From Candidatus Babelota bacterium (lineage in GTDB: Bacteria > Babelota > Babeliae > Babelales > Vermiphilaceae), in NCBI GenBank assembly GCA_039809905.1, contig JBDHVY010000001.1:330001-362000 (forward strand): a DNA stretch of 32,000 nucleotides, written 5' to 3'. The notes beneath the pieces were generated by a model. That model saw only the letters and a program-made list of their open reading frames with translations, was not told where the DNA came from and did no database searches. This document shows positions 1-7,329 of the stretch, piece by piece (within the stretch, counting starts at the first letter, position 1; every line of letters begins with the position of its first letter). A program made the position numbers and the translations under genes.

Positions 1-629
1 ATTTTTGATCCCATTTTGGTCAAGGCAGCAATAAGATCAAATACTTCAGGCTCACAAGCGGCATTTATAATTTTCGTTGTTCCTTGGGCCATTGTTGCTG
101 CCATAATGATGTTTTCTGTTGCGCCCACACTAGGGTATTCAAGAACAAGACGCGTTGCGGTCAATTGTTGAACATCTGCAGAGACAAATTCCTCTTCTTG
201 CAGAAATGCTGCTCCCATTTTCTCAAAATTCTTTAGATGATAATCAATCGGCCGCTTGCCAATTGCATCACCCCCAGGAAGCCCGCCTATCTTTGCCTTT
301 CCAAAACGAGCAAGCAATGGCCCCATAGCCAAAATAGAAGTGCGCGTTTTTTGCATAATATCAGCATTAATAGTCCAACTATGCAACAAAGTTGTATCAA
401 CAAAAAATTGATGTTTTTCAGCATCAAAAAAAACAATTGCTCCAAGCGCAATAAGCAGCTCTGCCATTGCATACACATCAGCTGAAGCCGGAACATTATA
501 TAAAATCGATTTACCACGTGTTAAAATGAGAGATGATATGGTAACTAACACCGCATTTTTGGCACCGCTTAATTCTACTTCACCATACAATGGTCCTGAT
601 TGATCTACTTTTAAATATCCATCATGCAT
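1..629 (-). CDS. murA: UDP-N-acetylglucosamine 1-carboxyvinyltransferase (MurA), first ~209 codons; the 3' end lies beyond the window start
   Basis: Minus-strand frame is open from ATG at 629-627 to position 1; it has no stop, so it is absent from the ORF track. Translation: MHDGYLKVDQSGPLYGEVELSGAKNAVLVTISSLILTRG...RTSILAMGPLLARFGKAKIGGLPGGDAIGKRPIDYHLKNFEKMGA...LEYPSVGATENIIMAATMAQGTTKIINAACEPEV. This is the canonical MurA N-terminal pattern (SGAKNA, active-site loop LPGGxAIGxRPID, SVGATEN). Confidence 0.9.
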   Translation of the reverse strand, partial: MHDGYLKVDQSGPLYGEVELSGAKNAVLVTISSLILTRGKSILYNVPASADVYAMAELLIALGAIVFFDAEKHQFFVDTTLLHSWTINADIMQKTRTSILAMGPLLARFGKAKIGGLPGGDAIGKRPIDYHLKNFEKMGAAFLQEEEFVSADVQQLTATRLVLEYPSVGATENIIMAATMAQGTTKIINAACEPEVFDLIAALTKMGSK

Positions 630-910
630 GTAAAAAATTCCTGGTTATATCTTTAGCGCTTATTATTATAAATCTTTCTTTAAATAATTAGGATTGCCAG
701 TATAGCAGAAATATTGTTTAAAATGATTATCATCATTCTGTTTATAACATCAAACTCATTAAAAAATATTTAACGTTCAATGTTTTCAGTTATAATACCA
801 TACTATGCTATAACCATCAGTCCATCACCTTATAAGCCTTATAAGCAAACAAGTATCAAAATTTACACTCAATAACAAAAATTAAGATAAAACAATCAGG
901 AAGAGAGACA

Positions 911-2824
911 ATGAAAAAAATAGGTTTTATATACATATTATTATCTTATGCAGCATTCGCTTTTCTATATTCCGTATGCATGGATTTGCCACAACATTTG
1001 AAGTCCACAGAAGATCAAAGATATTTTAATCATTTGGTAAGAAGCCATGCTTTTGATAAAGCAAGGACATATGTAAATGGCAAAGAAAATCTTTTAGATG
1101 TAAGCAATTCTTTTTTATGCCCTTTATCTATTGCAATTAATGAAAATGATTATTCTGCTGTTTCTTTTTTGCTTTCACTGCCTATGAAATATAACGATAT
1201 GCATTATATCCAAGTCAAAAATAAAAAAATGGCAAAATTACTTACCCATAGAGGCAAAACAGATCACAATACAAAAGATCTCCACATACAAATATTATTC
1301 GCAATGACTCGCCATGGTGGTTACAAAAAACCTTTCATGAGATATACGATGAATGCAATTGATATAAATATGCGAATCGATGATTCAAAAAATACTTTTT
1401 TGCATAATGCAGTAGCCACAAAAAATCGCAAGGCTCTCGAGGTTTTATTGGAAAATTCTTCGATTAACATACACAAAAAAAATATCCATGGTCTAACTGC
1501 ATATCAACTTGCTATTGATTGTGCACAGCCAAAGATTATCGATCTTTTTAACAAAGTAGGGATTTTTTTTAGTCCTATTGAACGAGGAAATCCTTGCGAA
1601 ATCGAAGGTGATGAAAAAAAAATTGAATTTTTAGCAGAAAATGAAAAGTTCTTAGCTACGCTTCTTTTTAATACCACAAAAAGAGAAGTAGAAAACCTTA
1701 CAAAACAAAAAAAAGCATATTCAGCGCAGCAAGGAATTATGTGCAATAGCAAAGGCTATTACTTTCTTAATGCTTCGATGAAAGATTTAGAATGCTGGAT
1801 GGGCCTGGAAAAAATGGAAAATATAAAAAAGCATTTGGCAGATATCTGCTGTATGGTATTAGATGGAATGAGAGATGATTCAAACCATCTTTTTAAAGGC
1901 ACTCTACCAAGATATGCTTTTCTGGAGGGTATACCCTTTTCCGATCATAATTCAATTACTAAGCTCGTAAAAAAATATCCTTTTACACTCTTTTATAATG
2001 GCACTATCGCTTTTGAAATATTGTTTGAAGCATTAAATGCAATAAATGCAGAAGCCTTTAGATACATTGTAAATTTTTTAAATCCAGATCTATCGCTTGC
2101 CGATGAGAATGGTAACACTTTGCTACACTGGGCAATATTTTTAAAAAAAGATTTTGAAGCCAAGCTATTAATAGAAAAAGGAGCAAATTGTTTTGTTACC
2201 AATAATGAAAATGAAACGGCATTTGATAGTGCCAAGACACAATCCCAAAAGTCTTTTAATAACATAATAATAGCATTTTCTCAAGCATGCTTGGATTCAC
2301 CTAAATATGCCAAACGCAATATTAAAAAGTATCTACAACTAGGATATCAACTTCGTGAATTAATATATTTACCAAAAGATTGGATTCACATGTGTGAAAA
2401 AAAAATACAACCGCTGTTGCATGGCGCTGCGCAATGTAACATTGAGCTTTGTCGCATACTATTAAAAGCTGGTACGTGTGCCAATATAAAGAACCACGAT
2501 GGAATGACACCATTACAATGCATTTGCCATAATACCACACGTACTACTGCAATACCGCTATTATTGGAGTATGGAGCAATTGTAACAGAAGAGATGACAA
2601 AAATTGCGATCGATAAAGATGAAAAGGATAGGCGAGCAATGCTTGTCAGAGCATGGAAGGCACAACAACAGCAAAATAACCAAAGCGAATGCTGTATTTG
2701 TTTTGAAGTTAATGTTGAAAAATCTATTATTCCATGCAAAATAATTCATAATGATCGTATTTGTAAATCATGCTATTCTCATATACAAGATTGTCCAATA
2801 TGTCGCCAACCACTAAACAAATGA
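911..2824 (+). CDS. Ankyrin-repeat protein with C-terminal C3HC4 RING-type zinc finger and a signal-like N-terminus (eukaryote-like E3-ligase-type effector candidate)
   Basis: 637-aa ORF with AGGAAGAGAGA upstream of the ATG. Hydrophobic N-terminus MKKIGFIYILLSYAAFAFLYSVC. Canonical ANK units (TFLHNAVATKNRKALEVLLE; DENGNTLLHWAIFLKKDFEAKLLIEKGANCFVTNNENETAFD; PLLHGAAQCNIELCRILLKAGTCANIKNHDGMTPLQ). C-terminus (nt ~2690-2803) CCICFEVNVEKSIIPCKIIHNDRICKSCYSHIQDCPICRQPL has spacing C-x2-C-x11-C-x3-H-x4-C-x2-C-x6-C-x2-C. Confidence 0.8.
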   Translation: MKKIGFIYILLSYAAFAFLYSVCMDLPQHLKSTEDQRYFNHLVRSHAFDKARTYVNGKENLLDVSNSFLCPLSIAINENDYSAVSFLLSLPMKYNDMHYIQVKNKKMAKLLTHRGKTDHNTKDLHIQILFAMTRHGGYKKPFMRYTMNAIDINMRIDDSKNTFLHNAVATKNRKALEVLLENSSINIHKKNIHGLTAYQLAIDCAQPKIIDLFNKVGIFFSPIERGNPCEIEGDEKKIEFLAENEKFLATLLFNTTKREVENLTKQKKAYSAQQGIMCNSKGYYFLNASMKDLECWMGLEKMENIKKHLADICCMVLDGMRDDSNHLFKGTLPRYAFLEGIPFSDHNSITKLVKKYPFTLFYNGTIAFEILFEALNAINAEAFRYIVNFLNPDLSLADENGNTLLHWAIFLKKDFEAKLLIEKGANCFVTNNENETAFDSAKTQSQKSFNNIIIAFSQACLDSPKYAKRNIKKYLQLGYQLRELIYLPKDWIHMCEKKIQPLLHGAAQCNIELCRILLKAGTCANIKNHDGMTPLQCICHNTTRTTAIPLLLEYGAIVTEEMTKIAIDKDEKDRRAMLVRAWKAQQQQNNQSECCICFEVNVEKSIIPCKIIHNDRICKSCYSHIQDCPICRQPLNK

Positions 2825-3456
2825 ATAAAACTTTTTGGGATAATCCTTATCAAACAACTCTCATAACCACCGTGCAAGCCATTGATGGTAACAAAATTTT
2901 ATGTGCCGAAACCATTGCATATTCTTTTGCTGGTGGTCAAGAAAGCGATAAAGCTTGGATTAATGGAATGCTTATCTTAGATTCAAAAATAGATGGCAAT
3001 CTTATTTATTACACTCTTACTGATAATCATGGATTGCACGTAGGCGATGAAATCAAAATGACGATTGATTGGCCCAGACGATTACGATTAATGCGATTAC
3101 ATTTTGCTGCGGAATTAATTTTAGAAATAGTCTCTCAAAAATATCATTTCGAAAAAGTTGGTGCACATATTGCAGAGCATAAAGCACGCATTGATTTTAA
3201 ATCTGATACAAATATATCTCCGTTATTGCCTGCAATTTTAGCTGAATATAATAAGATCATTACCGACAATCATATTATTGAAAAAGGCTATTCAGATATT
3301 GCCAATCAACGACGATTTTGGAAAATCGATGGCTTTGCCCAAGTACCGTGTGGTGGCACTCATGTACAATCAACTGGAGAAGTTGGATTTGTAACCCTCA
3401 AACGTGAACATCCGGGAAAATTTATAGAAAGAATAGAAATAAGACTTATTTGCTAG
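2821..3456 (+). CDS. alaX: AlaX-type tRNA(Ala) editing-domain protein (threonyl/alanyl-tRNA synthetase second additional domain family)
   Basis: The track ORF starts at 2770, but the ATG at 2821 gives MNKTFWDNPYQTTL, typical of the family, and forms an ATGA start/stop overlap with the upstream gene. Motifs: W-x-RR-x-x-MRLHFAAEL (HxxxH-type position) and VPCGGTHV (CxxxH zinc motif). Confidence 0.7.
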   Translation: MNKTFWDNPYQTTLITTVQAIDGNKILCAETIAYSFAGGQESDKAWINGMLILDSKIDGNLIYYTLTDNHGLHVGDEIKMTIDWPRRLRLMRLHFAAELILEIVSQKYHFEKVGAHIAEHKARIDFKSDTNISPLLPAILAEYNKIITDNHIIEKGYSDIANQRRFWKIDGFAQVPCGGTHVQSTGEVGFVTLKREHPGKFIERIEIRLIC

Positions 3457-5089
3457 AATATGACTTAATAAATGATCGTATTGTATTAACAAACATGTTC
3501 TTTTTATCTATCCCAACGGTATAATTGTCTAATAAAAATGTATTAAATCGAGCAGTTTTTGCCAAACAACACAATTGATACCAATCTGCTTGCTCAGTGA
3601 TAAACTGAATATCACGAATCTCTTCATCATCATATAAATGCAATTGAGACATGTCATCATACTCATCCATAAAAACTATTGTTTTTTTATCTTTTGAAAT
3701 TCCCATTCCTTTGATTTCATAAGAAAATGTTTTACGAGGAAAAATTTTATGAGTAGCAAGACATTTCCCATTGCTTGCTTTTAATATGGTAAATTTATCA
3801 ACCTTATTTTGATAATCAACGGGGTCAAGCACAAATAACAAATCATTATCTTGATCCAATAAAAAAATAGGTGATTTATCATCGGCATTATCTAAAGACC
3901 AGCGCCATATAGGCTCATATAAATAATCTTCCATCCATGGCTCTTTATAAAAATCTGTCCACAACTTAAGCGATCCATCTGCAAAAGCTATTGCTAATGA
4001 ATTATCTGATATAAAAAATGTTTTCCGTATAGAATCTTTGAAAGCTACGTGTTTTACTAATTCAAATATAGGATATGTTGATGAATCTTTTTTTACTTTC
4101 AACATATATAAATCAGAATCTCCAACCATGCAACAATATTTATCTGTAGGACTAAATTCAATAGATTGTGGTTTTATATTTACTGCTTCAAAAAAACTCA
4201 CATGACAAGTATCTAATTGAGGATCTATCAACATAATTTCTTTTTCACTGCATACTGCAAAAAGAGAGGAAAAATGGGCTGAGCATGATAATACAAAGTT
4301 ACCTTGAAGCAAAAAAGTATTTTTAGGTTTCATAAAAATGGTGTCAAAGATAGTGCACATGTTTGAACAAAAAAGAATCGCTGCTCCATCATTACTCAAT
4401 AAACAAGATGCAACAGTGTCATCAAGTGCTAAAGGTGTCACTGTCGATTCACCCCCTTTTCCTATATAAAATAAGTTTTGAATCATTTTTTCATACTGTT
4501 CTTCTGGGCAATACACGCATATTTCTGGTTTAGAATCAGATTTGTGAACTATCTTTCTTAGATTTTTAACTGTTTTTTCAATTTCAGACTCATTATACAT
4601 CATTGTATCATAATGTTTTTTTAGACTATTGCCTTTTCCAGCCCACATTTCATAATCAATTATATTTGCTGTATACGTTCCATCATCTGGAACAGGATGT
4701 GGGATAAGAGTATAATTTCCATCGTAATAATGAAAGGGGTTACGTTGTGTATATCTTTCTGCTATAGGAACCCATAAAGGTTTTGGAATATCTTGATTAA
4801 GTTGCCATTTATTATGTAAACATTCATGTTTCAACTTAATTGCAACTCGTTTGCGTAAGAATGGCTTAACATATGTTTTTACAATGTCTTTCGGCAAACA
4901 ATCAAAATCTGATTTCAAAGGTTTTCCATATGATCTTGTTAATCTGAAATCTGCATATTCTGCAGGATGTTTAAGAAATACCTGATATTTTGTTGTTATA
5001 TCATCCTTTGGTTCCATTGCATAACTATGAAAAGCAACGACAATTGGACACAGGAACCTTATTATATTTTGATGCATACCATCTTTCAT
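3446..5089 (-). CDS. Secreted hypothetical protein with an F-box-like motif and WD40-like repeats (function tentative)
   Basis: 547-aa ORF with a signal-like N-terminus (IIRFLCPIVVAFHSYA). CLPKDIVKTYVKPFLRKRVAIKLKHECLHNKWQL resembles the F-box consensus LPxEIxxxIxxxL...C/VxxxW. The C-terminal half has WD-like strings IEFSPTDKYCCMVGDSDLYMLKV and LAIAFADGSLKLWTD. The 3' end overlaps the convergent alaX-like gene by 11 nt. Confidence 0.6.
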   Translation of the reverse strand: MKDGMHQNIIRFLCPIVVAFHSYAMEPKDDITTKYQVFLKHPAEYADFRLTRSYGKPLKSDFDCLPKDIVKTYVKPFLRKRVAIKLKHECLHNKWQLNQDIPKPLWVPIAERYTQRNPFHYYDGNYTLIPHPVPDDGTYTANIIDYEMWAGKGNSLKKHYDTMMYNESEIEKTVKNLRKIVHKSDSKPEICVYCPEEQYEKMIQNLFYIGKGGESTVTPLALDDTVASCLLSNDGAAILFCSNMCTIFDTIFMKPKNTFLLQGNFVLSCSAHFSSLFAVCSEKEIMLIDPQLDTCHVSFFEAVNIKPQSIEFSPTDKYCCMVGDSDLYMLKVKKDSSTYPIFELVKHVAFKDSIRKTFFISDNSLAIAFADGSLKLWTDFYKEPWMEDYLYEPIWRWSLDNADDKSPIFLLDQDNDLLFVLDPVDYQNKVDKFTILKASNGKCLATHKIFPRKTFSYEIKGMGISKDKKTIVFMDEYDDMSQLHLYDDEEIRDIQFITEQADWYQLCCLAKTARFNTFLLDNYTVGIDKKNMFVNTIRSFIKSYSSK

Positions 5090-5164
5090 TTTTTACAGGA
5101 CGCAAAAAGTAAAAAACATTTATGCCGAACTATAACATTTTTTGCATGTTGATAAAAGATTTGT

Positions 5165-5200
5165 AAAAGAAAAAAGCCTCTCATAATGATGAAAGGCTTT
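5165..5200 (-). terminator. Rho-independent terminator downstream of rluB
   Basis: The minus-strand RNA reads AAAGCCUUUCAU-CAUU-AUGAGAGGCUUU followed by UUUCUUUU. The 9-bp stem contains one position that is a G-U wobble only in the minus-strand orientation. Confidence 0.65.
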
Positions 5201-5227
5201 TTGTATCTATAAATAATTCTATTTTTG

Positions 5228-6031
5228 CTACTGATGCTTCAAGAAATCAACTTCAGCTTTGGTCAGATGACGCCATTGACCAACCTCTAATTTTGACTTA
5301 GTCAGACCTGCATAACCAGCACGATCAAGTTTTCTAACATCATAGCCCAATTTTTCAAAAATACGGCGAATAATGCGGTTTTTACCACTATGAATGACTA
5401 CGATAAGATTCTGCTTGGGTCTATCATGGAAAAAATAAGCTTCATCAACTTTAATAAAGCCATCTTCCAGATCAACTCCAGCAAGCAGTTTATTCATGTT
5501 AGCTCGTGTAAAAGGCTTATCGAGCTGTACATGATACACTTTTTCGATCTCAAAACGTGGATGGGATAATTTAAGAGCCAATTCACCATCATTGGTGAGA
5601 ACCAACAATCCGGTTGTATTACGATCAAGACGACCAACAGGATACACCCGCTGCTTTATTTCTTGCGAAATAAGGTTTAAGACATTGTGGCGTCCTAAAT
5701 CATCAGAAACGGTTGTAATGCAGTTTTTTGGCTTATTAAGAACAATGTATACTTTTTGCTCTGAACGGACAAGATTACCCTGCACACGCACACAATCGTT
5801 AGGATTAACCTTAAATCCAGGCTCATTTACCATAACTCCGTTAACGGTAACAACCTTTGATTTAATGATATCCACTACTTTGCGGCGAGAGGCAATACCC
5901 GCTTGTGCAAGGTATTTACTGAGGGAATCATGTTGTTTGTTTTTAGCTTCATTTTTCCCTCTAACAACGGGGTCCCCAATGGAACTTCGTGAAATTGGGG
6001 TATAATCAGGGATATTTTTATTTATATTCAT
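5228..6031 (-). CDS. rluB: 23S rRNA pseudouridine synthase, RsuA/RluB family
   Basis: 267-aa ORF with an S4 RNA-binding domain (LSKYLAQAGIASRRKVVDIIKSKVVTVNG) and the catalytic motif VGRLDRNTTGLLVLTNDGEL, followed by KVYHV...HSGKNRIIRR. Confidence 0.85.
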   Translation of the reverse strand: MNINKNIPDYTPISRSSIGDPVVRGKNEAKNKQHDSLSKYLAQAGIASRRKVVDIIKSKVVTVNGVMVNEPGFKVNPNDCVRVQGNLVRSEQKVYIVLNKPKNCITTVSDDLGRHNVLNLISQEIKQRVYPVGRLDRNTTGLLVLTNDGELALKLSHPRFEIEKVYHVQLDKPFTRANMNKLLAGVDLEDGFIKVDEAYFFHDRPKQNLIVVIHSGKNRIIRRIFEKLGYDVRKLDRAGYAGLTKSKLEVGQWRHLTKAEVDFLKHQ

Positions 6032-6187
6032 AATAATAGTATACCTGATTTTTAGAATTTTTATAGAAAATATCGATTAATAAATGTTTTTGAGACTTTT
6101 TTCATAGCCCAAACACGTCTTTTTTCTGGATAGAGCCCATCAAGCAAGCCTCTACTTGTATACCCAACCAGACCAGCATTTGAAAAG

Positions 6188-6226
6188 AGAGGCTCAGAAG
6201 TCTTTTACCAAAACCCCCGAGCCTCT
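6188..6226. terminator. Long-loop hairpin, possibly a bidirectional terminator after the kinase-like gene at 6253-7182
   Basis: AGAGGCTC (6188-6195) pairs perfectly with GAGCCTCT (6219-6226) across a 23-nt loop. The plus orientation is followed by TTTTGCTTTTATTTTT; the minus orientation only by CTTTTCAAA. Confidence 0.35.
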
Positions 6227-6252
6227 TTTTGCTTTTATTTTTGCACCATCAA

Positions 6253-7182
6253 TTAACGCCGATTTTTAAGATCCTTTTTAGCCTTAGCAATAAGCTTATC
6301 AAGAATAGGCAATAGCTTTTGAACATCAATATAGCTTTCTCGAATTATTCTTCTATTATTTTCAAGCTCCAATGCAATTTTTTGGGTAAATAATTCAGAA
6401 CCTTCAACAAAGCCTGATTTTTCTGCAAAATAATTATACAATTCAATCGTATCTTCCGGGTAATGATTATTAATGAGATACACTAAATGTTCTTTGTAAA
6501 TCATTAATGCTTTAATTTCTTTATTGCTGAGTTTAAGATTTTTATTGTTCAACATCTCGGTAAAGTTTTTACATGCAAGTGCACATAAATTGCGTTTAAA
6601 TGCAGAATCCATATCAATAGCACAGAATGAATCAGTCTTCGGATTATAGAAAAGATTACCGCGATGACGATCATGATTACAAAGGAATGTATCCATTGCA
6701 ACAATCATAATTAACGTAGGATGTTTTATCATCCACGGCAACATATCTCGTCTAAATCCAATTTCAGCTTGCTTGATATTCATTCCATCATAAGGGCTAT
6801 CTTGCGCCTTGATCATTTTTCCCGGAGCTATAGTATGAAGCGTTGCCGGCCAATCTGTACGAGGTTTTCCCGGAAACGCTTTACCTGCAGGTATAATGGC
6901 AACACGATGAGCAATACCAAAATCTTCGGCAACATGGGCAGTAATAGCATCTCTGACTACACTAACAATTTTGCGAAAACAATTAGATTTTTTTTGCTTA
7001 ACTATATATTCTTTACCGTTAATGCGCACAAAACTAATGTAGCAAAACCTCATCTCTAATGTTTCGATTAATTCTACGCGAGCATTTTCAATATCAACTT
7101 CTTGTAACCATGCAAAAACTGGTGCATTGCAAAAAGATACAAAAACCACCATCGCATATGCAAAAACTCTACAATTTTTCAT
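6253..7182 (-). CDS. Atypical kinase-fold protein (PI3K/PI4K-, HipA- or Fam20-like catalytic loop), signal-like N-terminus; paralog A
   Basis: The track ORF starts at 7221. The ATG at 7182 is preceded by GGGAG 4 nt upstream and gives MKNCRVFAYAMVVFVSFCNAPVFA. Motifs: GKEYIVKQKK, VVRDAITAHVAEDFGIAHRV, PATLHTIAPGK, FLCNHDRHRGNLFY, FCAIDMDSAF. It is collinear with the ORFs at 18351-19277 and 19380-20291. Confidence 0.7.
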   Translation of the reverse strand: MKNCRVFAYAMVVFVSFCNAPVFAWLQEVDIENARVELIETLEMRFCYISFVRINGKEYIVKQKKSNCFRKIVSVVRDAITAHVAEDFGIAHRVAIIPAGKAFPGKPRTDWPATLHTIAPGKMIKAQDSPYDGMNIKQAEIGFRRDMLPWMIKHPTLIMIVAMDTFLCNHDRHRGNLFYNPKTDSFCAIDMDSAFKRNLCALACKNFTEMLNNKNLKLSNKEIKALMIYKEHLVYLINNHYPEDTIELYNYFAEKSGFVEGSELFTQKIALELENNRRIIRESYIDVQKLLPILDKLIAKAKKDLKNRR

Positions 7183-7329
7183 ATCGCTCCCTAAGTAAAA
7201 ATATACATTGCAACTTTGCATTTACTATGAAATAAAAAGATTGATTCATGCAATATTTTTGCCTAATTTACGCTTTATTCCTGTTGAATATCCATTGAAG
7301 GAAATTAAAAATACGTTTACGCTATTACT

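Noticed and set aside
237-517. Track ORFs 237-485 (+) and 287-517 (-) at the window start.
   Set aside because: The region is occupied by the open-ended minus-strand murA frame, whose translation matches a well-known enzyme. The two track ORFs are in other frames or on the other strand and have no recognisable features.
2770-2820. Upstream extensions of several track ORFs (2770 for alaX-like, 7221 for kinase-like A, 21473 for GT paralog 3, 29332 for the 190-aa protein).
   Set aside because: In each case a downstream ATG has a much better Shine-Dalgarno at 4-8 nt and yields an N-terminus that starts with the expected family sequence or a clean signal-like segment. The extensions overlap upstream genes or lack an SD. 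The start choices remain predictions.
6032-6252. A tRNA, SRP RNA, tmRNA or RNase P RNA in the larger intergenic gaps (6032-6252, 28280-28720, 630-910).
   Set aside because: I could find none of the diagnostic strings on either strand: GGTTCGAATCC-type T-loops, the GGAAGCAGCC SRP motif, or GAGGAAAGTCC of RNase P. Only generic hairpins are present. A covariance-model scan would be needed to exclude them formally.
5592-7059. Long antisense ORFs 5592-6005 (137 aa, opposite rluB) and 6721-7059 (112 aa, opposite kinase-like A). I reject similar ones elsewhere too: 1504-2749 opposite the ANK-RING gene, 11414-14258 within or opposite the CPBP gene, and 16307-21939 opposite the GT/epimerase genes.
   Set aside because: Each is fully nested in a longer ORF with clear family motifs and a proper SD. 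The translations are Cys/Arg/Phe-rich with no motifs. I treat them as chance open frames.
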